DNA of 57,349 nucleotides from an uncultured Gammaproteobacteria bacterium. GTDB lineage: Bacteria > Patescibacteriota > Patescibacteriia > UBA1558 > GWA2-36-10. A program made the position numbers and the translations under genes. Location: NCBI GenBank assembly GCA_964645825.1, contig CAZXZY010000002.1, positions 1 to 57,349 on the forward strand, read 5' to 3'. The notes beneath the pieces were generated by a model that was not told the origin of the DNA, searched no databases, and was given only the letters and a program-made list of their open reading frames with translations. How positions within the stretch are numbered: position 1 is the first letter of the stretch; every line of letters begins with the position of its first letter. Positions 38,163 through 45,124 of the stretch are shown piece after piece.

Positions 38163-40178
38163 CTAATAATTCAAAACTTCAATCTGATAACCGTTTTTAT
38201 CAACTGCATCGCGCAAATAAAAACTATCTTTTTCTAATCCTAAATGATCATAAATTTTTAATAATGTTGCAGATCCCTTATGTGGGATGGCTAAAATCTC
38301 TGGCCAACCATCTCCCGATAAATCACGGACCGCAATCTCAAGCCCAGACCTAAGGCTACTGGTAAAGCCAGTAAATTGCCCTTTTAGCCTGCCTTTCATG
38401 CTAAACATTTTAATATCAGCAATTTGACTTTCAGCTGGCACAGTCACTATCTCTTGCCAGCCATCATTATTGACATCGCCAATACTTATATTCACCGCGT
38501 GATTAGTCTCGTAAGGTATAAAGCTGCCTTTGATACGACGATATTGATCAAAAACTTTGACCTCACCTACTCCGATACTATTCACAGTTACTATTTCATC
38601 TTTATCATCATTATTGACATCACCAACCGCAATATTCACACCACCAAAATAATCATCATCATAAGCAAAAAATTGTCGGCGCAAATTTCCTTGCCAATCG
38701 AAAACTCTAATATGTGGCCCACCATTTGATAAGGGCGCAGTAATAATATTGAGCTGTCCATCACCCGTCACGTCACCAACCGCAATGTTAATGCCTCCGG
38801 AAAATCTATGGTCATAGGCCATAAACTCAGACAAGACATTGCCACTTTCATCAAAAATACGAATATGTGGTCCACCGCCAGCTTTTGGAGCAGTAACTAT
38901 TTCTTTGACATCATCACCCGTCACATCACCAACCGCAATGTTAACACCGCCAGTAAATTTTTCAGCGTAAGCTAACCAACTATCCAACTCTTCTCCATCT
39001 TCATTTAAAATAAAAATCTGTGGTGCAAGACCTTTGTCTGGTGCTAAAATAATATGTCGAGCTTGATTATAACGACTAGCTGCTAAATTTAATGCTCCGC
39101 CAACATCAATGGAGCCGGCTCCTAAATCTAAGTAAGTTAGTGGATTAGCTGATTGCAAACTCTGAGCACTAGATTTGATAATATTGTAAATATCATATGG
39201 TCTGAATTGTGGATACTGCATTTTAATCAAGGCAGCAGTGGCTGCTACTACTGGAGCCGCTACCGAAGTCCCCGACCAACCACCAGCATAATATTCAGTA
39301 AATTGATCATCATTGTTGTCTTGATAAACAGTAGAATAAAAATGCTTACCAGGCGCGGAGATATCAATGCAATTTTGTCCAAAATTAGAGAAATCAGCTA
39401 ACACGCTATTCTGATCAACAGCAGCTACACCCAATACCCTATTAACATCATCTATTTCACATACTGGATAACGTGGGTCAGCATCCAAATCTATGCCCAA
39501 TGCTGCTTCATTACCCGAAGCTGCTACAATGACTACACCACTATCATAAGCATCTCTAATAGAACCTTTTAATGTTTCATCATAACTGGAACCTACCAAA
39601 CTTAAGTTGATAACATCTGCTCCATTTTCTACAGCATAGTCAATCGCCTGAGCTAATACCAAAGTATTTCCCTGACCATTTGGATCTAAAATACGTAAAG
39701 GCATAATTTTTACTTGTGGCGCAATGCCAACTATACCATTGTTATTCCTACTAGCTGCAATTACACCGGCGATAACGGTCCCATGATTAACGGCTACTCG
39801 ATCATATCCAGGGATTATTTCTGGTTCAGGAATATTATCGCTATCTATAAAATCCCAACCAACATTATCATCAATATAACTATTAAAATCATCATCTAAG
39901 CCATTACCCGCCACTTCACCATGATTTGACCATAAATTGTCAACTAAATCCGGATGATTTAAGTCAACGCCAGAATCCAAAACAGCTACTACTACTTCTT
40001 TGTTTGTTTGCAAGTCATTAGACCAAGTCGGCTCAATATTTATCAAATTAAAATAATCTTGATAAACCCGACCAGGATCTAAAGGCACATAATCTTGGCT
40101 AAAAGCCTGAGTTTTATGAGCATAAAATACGCATAAACTAAAACTAATAAAAGTTAGAAATAAAATTCTTTTAAACAC
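38163..40178 (-). CDS. Secreted subtilisin-like (S8) serine protease with five C-terminal FG-GAP/VCBS-like repeats
   Basis: Catalytic triad contexts VAVLDSGVD, NHGTVIAGVIAA and SGTSVAAPVVAATAAL. Five repeats of GG(V/I)NIAVGDV(T/N)GD..EI(V/I)T(A/V)P..GGPHIR(I/V)FD. Confidence 0.88.
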   Translation of the reverse strand: MFKRILFLTFISFSLCVFYAHKTQAFSQDYVPLDPGRVYQDYFNLINIEPTWSNDLQTNKEVVVAVLDSGVDLNHPDLVDNLWSNHGEVAGNGLDDDFNSYIDDNVGWDFIDSDNIPEPEIIPGYDRVAVNHGTVIAGVIAASRNNNGIVGIAPQVKIMPLRILDPNGQGNTLVLAQAIDYAVENGADVINLSLVGSSYDETLKGSIRDAYDSGVVIVAASGNEAALGIDLDADPRYPVCEIDDVNRVLGVAAVDQNSVLADFSNFGQNCIDISAPGKHFYSTVYQDNNDDQFTEYYAGGWSGTSVAAPVVAATAALIKMQYPQFRPYDIYNIIKSSAQSLQSANPLTYLDLGAGSIDVGGALNLAASRYNQARHIILAPDKGLAPQIFILNEDGEELDSWLAYAEKFTGGVNIAVGDVTGDDVKEIVTAPKAGGGPHIRIFDESGNVLSEFMAYDHRFSGGINIAVGDVTGDGQLNIITAPLSNGGPHIRVFDWQGNLRRQFFAYDDDYFGGVNIAVGDVNNDDKDEIVTVNSIGVGEVKVFDQYRRIKGSFIPYETNHAVNISIGDVNNDGWQEIVTVPAESQIADIKMFSMKGRLKGQFTGFTSSLRSGLEIAVRDLSGDGWPEILAIPHKGSATLLKIYDHLGLEKDSFYLRDAVDKNGYQIEVLNY

Positions 40179-40300
40179 GGTAATTTACTATTAATTTTTA
40201 TTTTTTGTGATTAAATTATAACAGAATAAGCCTTGAAAAACAAGAAAAAACTGAATTTTCAAAAACCCAGTTTTTTACTATCTATAATATAAAATATTTA

Positions 40301-41293
40301 CTAAAAAAGCTGCTTAGCCAAGTTCCAATAACTATCATCTCCATTGATCTTTCTCAAATACCACCACTCCACTCCCCATAAATAATTTTTAGAAAAATTA
40401 ATCTTTTGAGCAAATTGTAAGTTAGATTCCATTTGTCTAAGATCGAAAGACTTATTTATTTCATTATCAGGTAACTCAGCCAAAGTGCCGTTTGGCACCC
40501 AAGGCTCAGCCTGTAATTCACTAATAATCATTTGTTCGCCAACTTTATCTACTCGTTCAGCTTTCCAATTATAAAAACTAGCTGGCAATGGATAACGGAA
40601 ATACTTAAACCATGGATTCCATACTACTCGATAAAGAGTTGTCGCTAAAACATCACCAATCTCAGCTTCACGTTTCCACATACTTAATTCACCTGATGCA
40701 GAAATAATAATTGGTCGATCATCTAAGCTTTTTACAAGTTCTACTTCTTGTTTTAAAAATTCTTCATCTCCGGCTGGACAATCACCAAACCAATCAACTA
40801 AAGGCTCATTTTCAATTTGCCAAGCTACTATTTCTGGATGATCTTTATAATGATCAATAGCTATTTTGAGCATAGAAAAAGTTTTATTTTGAATATCCCC
40901 TATCGGCATATCTTGTGTCCAAGTTGGCGCATGACATTCTGGCCAACGCGGTAAACGCCAACCTAAATTAGCTACAAATTTCACATCTCGTTCTACGCCT
41001 TCTGCTAAAAGCTCATCAAAAACCGAAAAATTAAATTCCCCCTCATTTTTTTCTATTTGATCCCAATAAATAGGCAAACGTATTTGTTTAACTTGCAAAT
41101 CATCCAACATGGCTGTATAAACTTCATTTACATTCAAACCTAACTCATCAACAAATTTAGTGGAAAAAGTAACGCCCCATACATCGGCATTTCTTTTTAG
41201 CTCGCCATTATGAGCATAATGTTTGGCAAACTTTACAAACCAAATTGCCCAGGCAATAATGAATATTAAAATTAAAATTTTCAACAATTTCAT
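40301..41293 (-). CDS. Membrane-anchored TIM-barrel glycoside hydrolase (clan GH-A, GH5-like)
   Basis: N-terminal TM helix. Acid/base motif VAWQIENEP and candidate nucleophile IISELQAEPW. Confidence 0.5.
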   Translation of the reverse strand: MKLLKILILIFIIAWAIWFVKFAKHYAHNGELKRNADVWGVTFSTKFVDELGLNVNEVYTAMLDDLQVKQIRLPIYWDQIEKNEGEFNFSVFDELLAEGVERDVKFVANLGWRLPRWPECHAPTWTQDMPIGDIQNKTFSMLKIAIDHYKDHPEIVAWQIENEPLVDWFGDCPAGDEEFLKQEVELVKSLDDRPIIISASGELSMWKREAEIGDVLATTLYRVVWNPWFKYFRYPLPASFYNWKAERVDKVGEQMIISELQAEPWVPNGTLAELPDNEINKSFDLRQMESNLQFAQKINFSKNYLWGVEWWYLRKINGDDSYWNLAKQLF

Positions 41294-41295
41294 GA

Positions 41296-42225
41296 TTAGA
41301 TAATAAAATATAAGCCCATGCTAATTAAAATCACGGCTAAGATTTTTTGAATAATAATCATTTTAGACACATTTTCTTTTAATAATTTTGGAAAGAAAGC
41401 TGAAATCAAACCACCCAAGACTAACAAAAATGCATACTGCACGCCTTGCAAGGCATTTACTATGGCAACCGAGCCTAAGAAAATAGCATAATTTTGTAAT
41501 AAAAATCCTATAGCCGCAATACCTTGATTAGAAAAAAACAAGGCGCTATTTTTATGTTTCAAAGATTTTAGGCCATGAAAAATCTCTTTTCGTACTTTTC
41601 TAGGAATAAGTAAAGATAAAGTAGCTAAAAATGTACCAATTCGGATCCAAATAAAACTACTCAAAAATGGCTGACTATCATACAAAAATTTACTACCGAC
41701 GAAAAAGATAGCAAAAACTATACCGGCAGCAATGGCAGTGATGACTGCTGTTTTATTTTTTGTTCCCTTCAATCCAAACCAATGCAACATCTTGGACCAC
41801 AAAGTATTACTAGCTGGTAAATAAGCTAACATAACTGTACCTAGCAATAAATAAATAATAGCTACCCATTGCATGGTCAAAAATCTTTCTCCTAAAAATA
41901 GATAAGCTAACAAGATGGTAAAAATTGGCACTACACCGCCAATTAATGGGATAATTTTGGAAGCATCACCAATTTTAAGTGATCGATATAATAACAATAA
42001 AGCTCCTGGAAATAAAGCACCAACTAAAAGATTGCCTAACAACAGGGAAACTCCCGGCCAAGTTAAAAACCACGGAGCAATAACAATGACTATCAAGCCC
42101 ATGGCACCCACTAAAAAAGTGTAAGTTTTAGCACTAGGAACTACATTTTCTAATAAAAATTTATCTGCAAGATTTACAACTGCTAAAATCAAATAAGCAG
42201 CAATGGCAATGGCTAACCAATCCAT
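41296..42225 (-). CDS. EamA/DMT superfamily transporter
   Basis: 309 aa with about 10 TM helices in two similar halves. Confidence 0.6.
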   Translation of the reverse strand: MDWLAIAIAAYLILAVVNLADKFLLENVVPSAKTYTFLVGAMGLIVIVIAPWFLTWPGVSLLLGNLLVGALFPGALLLLYRSLKIGDASKIIPLIGGVVPIFTILLAYLFLGERFLTMQWVAIIYLLLGTVMLAYLPASNTLWSKMLHWFGLKGTKNKTAVITAIAAGIVFAIFFVGSKFLYDSQPFLSSFIWIRIGTFLATLSLLIPRKVRKEIFHGLKSLKHKNSALFFSNQGIAAIGFLLQNYAIFLGSVAIVNALQGVQYAFLLVLGGLISAFFPKLLKENVSKMIIIQKILAVILISMGLYFII

Positions 42226-42274
42226 AAAATTTTTGTTTAATGATTGTTTATATTATATCATTTTTTGCCTAACT

Positions 42275-42303
42275 TTGACAAAAAAATCTCATCATTTTAT
42301 AAT
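42275..42303 (+). promoter_or_regulatory. Unit 1 promoter
   Basis: TTGACA (42275-80), 17-nt spacer, TATAAT (42298-303). Confidence 0.7.
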
Positions 42304-42387
42304 TATATTAATTATAGTTCTTTCAGGGATTTAAAATCCCTTATTCATATATCCTGGTCTTTTTATTTCAACACATGAGGTGATATT

Positions 42388-42435
42388 ATGAGAAAACTAC
42401 CACTGATCATCACTCTGGTAACGAACACTGGGTAA
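42388..42435 (+). CDS. Unit 1 sORF, 15 aa (MRKLPLIITLVTNTG), apparently a truncated paralogue of the unit 2 peptide
   Basis: GAGGTGA SD (42377-83) 4 nt from the ATG. A terminator follows 17 nt after the stop. Confidence 0.4.
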   Translation: MRKLPLIITLVTNTG

Positions 42436-42452
42436 AAAATCGATGGCCGTTA

Positions 42453-42484
42453 AGCCCACCTAAAGGAAGGTGGGCTATTTTTTT
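42453..42484 (+). terminator. Unit 1 intrinsic terminator
   Basis: AGCCCACC-TAAAGGAA-GGTGGGCT-ATTTTTTT. The T-run merges into the next -35. Confidence 0.8.
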
Positions 42485-42511
42485 GACAAAAAAGTAGGTT
42501 CTTTATATAAT
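42483..42511 (+). promoter_or_regulatory. Unit 2 promoter
   Basis: TTGACA (42483-88), 17-nt spacer, TATAAT (42506-11). Confidence 0.7.
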
Positions 42512-42603
42512 TAATATATTAATGTACTCTCAATTTTTTACATCAGAGGTAAAGTAGCCTCTAGATGCATCCTGGTAACTTTTTATAAAGAAAGGAGCTT
42601 CCT

Positions 42604-42732
42604 ATGAAGCGCTTACTTATTCCTCCACAGATCAAGATGATCGTCACCAACGCCGCAACGAAAAATGCCGCCGCCAACACACCGAAGCTGGACGTGGATG
42701 TAGCTGGCCGAACGCAGAGCGCGAATTGGTAA
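42604..42732 (+). CDS. Unit 2 sORF, 42 aa (MKRLLIPPQIKMIVTNAATKNAAANTPKLDVDVAGRTQSANW)
   Basis: AAGGAG SD (42592-97) 6 nt from the ATG. The ORF is GC-rich. A terminator lies 18 nt after the stop. Confidence 0.5.
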   Translation: MKRLLIPPQIKMIVTNAATKNAAANTPKLDVDVAGRTQSANW

Positions 42733-42750
42733 CAGCCCAAGCAGGACCTT

Positions 42751-42777
42751 GCCCGTCAAAAGGAGACGGGCTTTTTT
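42751..42777 (+). terminator. Unit 2 intrinsic terminator
   Basis: GCCCGTC-AAAAGGA-GACGGGC-TTTTTT. Confidence 0.85.
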
Positions 42778-42814
42778 ATTTGACTTTTCGACTTCGCTCA
42801 AGGTCTGCACAAAT

Positions 42815-42843
42815 TTGACAAAATTTTAAAGCCTAGATATACT
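42815..42843 (+). promoter_or_regulatory. Unit 3 promoter
   Basis: TTGACA (42815-20), 17-nt spacer, TATACT (42838-43). Confidence 0.65.
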
Positions 42844-42849
42844 TTATTC

Positions 42850-43034
42850 ACATTGATCATTCTTACGTCCACTTGGCTGGACACGTCACTTCTGCCGTAT
42901 ATTAAGTAACATTCACTTAACACTTCCACTTTGACCACTACTTCCTACTTAGGCAGAAGCAAGCATCCCTACACCCATTAGGTGTAATCAAACGTCATGC
43001 GCCCGTTGAGAAATCGATGGGCGCTTATTTTTTT
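42850..43034 (+). ncRNA. Unit 3: candidate ~185-nt structured small RNA (no SD-preceded ORF)
   Basis: Hairpins GTCCA-N6-TGGAC (42868-83) and ACACC-N5-GGTGT. Long-range stem CTTCTGCC (42889-96)/GGCAGAAG (42952-59) encloses a C/U-rich stretch. Terminator GCGCCCGTTGA-GAAA-TCGATGGGCGC plus T-run (42999-43034). Confidence 0.5.
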
Positions 43035-43042
43035 CAAAGCTC

Positions 43043-43071
43043 TTGACAAAAGCTGAGAAATAGTGTAGATT
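43043..43071 (+). promoter_or_regulatory. Unit 4 promoter
   Basis: TTGACA (43043-48), 17-nt spacer, TAGATT (43066-71). Confidence 0.6.
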
Positions 43072-43077
43072 ATCATT

Positions 43078-43206
43078 CTTCGCTCCTTACTTACCCATAT
43101 GCATCAGATCCTGGTGACTCTCCTGATAGCTGTGTGTGACAAAGATGCAGCCAAGTGCTTGCATCGCTGTGCTTACCCGCTGAACTAGATTCGGCGGGTA
43201 TTTTTT
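43078..43206 (+). ncRNA. Unit 4: candidate ~130-nt small RNA with 5' anti-SD motif; contains an SD-less 29-aa ORF (43099-43188, MHQILVTLLIAVCDKDAAKCLHRCAYPLN)
   Basis: 5' CGCTCCTTACTT. Hairpin GATGCAGC-CAAGT-GCtTGCATC (43144-65). Terminator TACCCGCTGAA-CTAGA-TTCGGCGGGTA-TTTTTT (43174-206). Confidence 0.5.
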
Positions 43207-43255
43207 ATTAAAATAGCTAATATTAGCTAAAATAATAAGGTAGTACCTAATGGAC

Positions 43256-43284
43256 TTGACAAATTATGCATAGTATGCTTAATG
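43256..43284 (+). promoter_or_regulatory. Unit 5 promoter (extended -10 type)
   Basis: TTGACA (43256-61), a 17-nt spacer ending in TGC, then TTAATG. The TATGCATA palindrome lies in the spacer. Confidence 0.5.
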
Positions 43285-43331
43285 TTCTATTAAGCTCATT
43301 GATACAATCACATCCATTTAGGAGTAGCCTC

Positions 43332-43451
43332 ATGATTAACTGGTTTCTGACCAGGCTTTTCCGGCCTACTTCTGGATGTTCGACCCACTTGCCGGGCCCT
43401 CGCCCAAACAGCAAACCGCGCATTGATTTGCGCTACGAACATCCGGATTAG
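43332..43451 (+). CDS. Unit 5 sORF, 39 aa (MINWFLTRLFRPTSGCSTHLPGPRPNSKPRIDLRYEHPD)
   Basis: AGGAG (43320-24) 7 nt upstream of the ATG. The longer track ORF would start inside the promoter. Confidence 0.4.
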   Translation: MINWFLTRLFRPTSGCSTHLPGPRPNSKPRIDLRYEHPD

Positions 43452-43645
43452 TTAAGTGATCTGACGACAATCCTTCAAATTCCCTGGAGAAGTCAATGCG
43501 ACACCTTTACCCTCCGTAGATCTACAAGGAGAGCCAAGACTCTCTGTAAGTAATTCACTGAGGCACCACAAGGTCGCCACTCCAACTCAATCCAGACAAC
43601 GCCGGAGGCAAAATGCCCCACAGGAAAATCGCCCCCCTGAATCTT

Positions 43646-43680
43646 GCCGCTGTGTACGACGTACGCAGCGGCCTTTTCTT
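43646..43680 (+). terminator. Unit 5 intrinsic terminator
   Basis: GCCGCTGTGTAC-GAC-GTACGCAGCGGC (12-bp stem) followed by CTTTTCTT. Confidence 0.8.
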
Positions 43681-43691
43681 ATATTTAAAAC

Positions 43692-43727
43692 AAAAACAGC
43701 CCTGAATAATATAGGACTGTTTTTTTA
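43692..43727. terminator. Bidirectional terminator (serves the OLD gene on the minus strand)
   Basis: AAAAACAGcCC-TGAATAATATA-GGaCTGTTTTTTT. Confidence 0.55.
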
Positions 43728-43778
43728 TTTAGGCACCACAAATACATGATTCCATGATCTTTATGACTAATGATTGAA

Positions 43779-45116
43779 TTATAAAGCTTGAATTACCTCT
43801 TTGAGGGGTCGCATTATTTTAGAATTAAAATCCGTTTTAGTGATAGCGGTTGCGGCATACAAAGCATTTAGTGTTTTCTTATCATCACGTTGATATTTTT
43901 TTGGATAATGCCTTTCAATAGAGCCAGATGGTAAAACAAAAACTTTATGTTCTTTAAGTTCTATGATTATATCATTAGCCTTATGTGCTTTAAGTTTTAT
44001 ATCTAAACGGCTTACCACTCTATCTAGTTGATATTTTATAATATCTCTATCCGCTAAAATAATATAGTTAATATTAAAAATTTTTAATAAATCTACATAC
44101 AAAGCGATGTTGCCTTTACCATGTGTCTGGACGACTTTGATATCTCTATCTCCCTGATAAAAACGATCTATTAAACCACGTAATAATATACGATCTGAAA
44201 TACCTTCTACTAAAACTGCTGTATCAGCAAATAACATTTCAACATTATCAGCGTTTAATTCTTGTATCAGACGCTTGTAACTATAGTGCTGTTTTTTAAT
44301 TGGCAAACCAAAGGCTTTGGTGCTGTCAGCATCTTTTATTACTCGCAATACTTGCGGCAAAGTAACAGAGTTGATAAATAAAGGTGAATGAGTAGAAAAT
44401 AAAATTTGTCCTCCACCCTCGGCATTTTGCATGGCCCACAAAAGTTTTTTGACCAAAACTGGATGAAGATGAGTCTCCGGTTCATCCAAAATAACTATCT
44501 GATAGTCAGGATGAAAAATATATAATAGTATAACAAAAATCCTTCTAAACCCAGAACCCAGGTGATCAATGGTGGCTTTACGTGTTCCTTCTTTGATGCC
44601 AGCATGCTCATAATGAATATCTAGTGCGTTTTCTTTGGCACTGATTTTTGGAAAATGATTTTTCAAATGTTGCTTAAATAAATTTAAACTTTCTTTGTGT
44701 TCTTGTAATGTCTTCCAATCTCTATCTATATCATCAAGATCATTAAAAGCATCATAATTAAGATGTTTTATTTTAGTTGATAATAATGCTTTTAATTCTC
44801 CTCTATAATTTGTAATCTGATTTGGAAATGCTAATTTTCTTTGTTCATTTTTGATAGTTAGGCTAGCTTTCCTGGCTGGCAGATTCCATTCGTTAGCCTC
44901 TTCCTCAGTAAAACTAAGTTCTGCCTCTATATCGGCTTCTGGGTACTCCAAAATCGGACTGACTCCCTGCACATCAAAAAGATAATCAATGGCATATAAA
45001 ATATTACTCTTACCACAATTATTTTGACCAATCAAAATATTAACCGGTAGCGTAGAAAAACTGATCGGCTGTTTAATACTTTTGTACAAATTAATATGTA
45101 GAGTAGTAATTTTCAT
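43779..45116 (-). CDS. OLD-family ATP-dependent endonuclease (ABC/AAA ATPase + Toprim)
   Basis: Walker A ILIGQNNCGKSNILYAI, Walker B VILDEPETHLHP, FSTHSP, Toprim Glu AVLVEGISDRILL, and acidic ILADRD. Confidence 0.8.
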   Translation of the reverse strand: MKITTLHINLYKSIKQPISFSTLPVNILIGQNNCGKSNILYAIDYLFDVQGVSPILEYPEADIEAELSFTEEEANEWNLPARKASLTIKNEQRKLAFPNQITNYRGELKALLSTKIKHLNYDAFNDLDDIDRDWKTLQEHKESLNLFKQHLKNHFPKISAKENALDIHYEHAGIKEGTRKATIDHLGSGFRRIFVILLYIFHPDYQIVILDEPETHLHPVLVKKLLWAMQNAEGGGQILFSTHSPLFINSVTLPQVLRVIKDADSTKAFGLPIKKQHYSYKRLIQELNADNVEMLFADTAVLVEGISDRILLRGLIDRFYQGDRDIKVVQTHGKGNIALYVDLLKIFNINYIILADRDIIKYQLDRVVSRLDIKLKAHKANDIIIELKEHKVFVLPSGSIERHYPKKYQRDDKKTLNALYAATAITKTDFNSKIMRPLKEVIQAL

Positions 45117-45124
45117 GAAAATAA

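Noticed and set aside
42388-42484. Unit 1 peptide (..LIITLVTNT..) as an Ile/Thr attenuation leader.
   Set aside because: No biosynthetic or tRNA-synthetase gene lies downstream, because the next element is another promoter. I found no alternative antiterminator pairing with the terminator. The Ile/Thr codons are not in a tight run.
42565-42588. 7-codon upstream ORF (MHPGNFL*) overlapping the conserved ATCCTGGT block in unit 2.
   Set aside because: It has no SD. The same nucleotide block is in a different frame in unit 4 and has no ATG in unit 1, so the conservation is at the nucleotide level and not the peptide level.
42695-42715. 13-nt identity (GGATGTAGCTGGC) to a segment of E. coli 4.5S/SRP RNA as I remember it; also GCAGCCAAG in unit 4.
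   Set aside because: The conserved SRP domain IV motifs and overall helix are absent, and the matching segment is not the universally conserved part. I treat it as coincidence. An Rfam scan would settle it.
42613-42810. 65-aa minus-strand ORF antisense to unit 2.
   Set aside because: It runs through the unit 2 terminator hairpin and has no SD or minus-strand promoter (I checked for TGTCAA-type motifs). It is most likely a by-product of the GC-rich sequence.
43266-43451. 61-aa track ORF starting at the ATG at 43266.
   Set aside because: Its first 22 codons lie inside the unit 5 promoter spacer and -10 region and lack an SD. The internal ATG at 43332 has AGGAG 7 nt upstream, so I annotated 43332-43451 instead, and that call is itself tentative.
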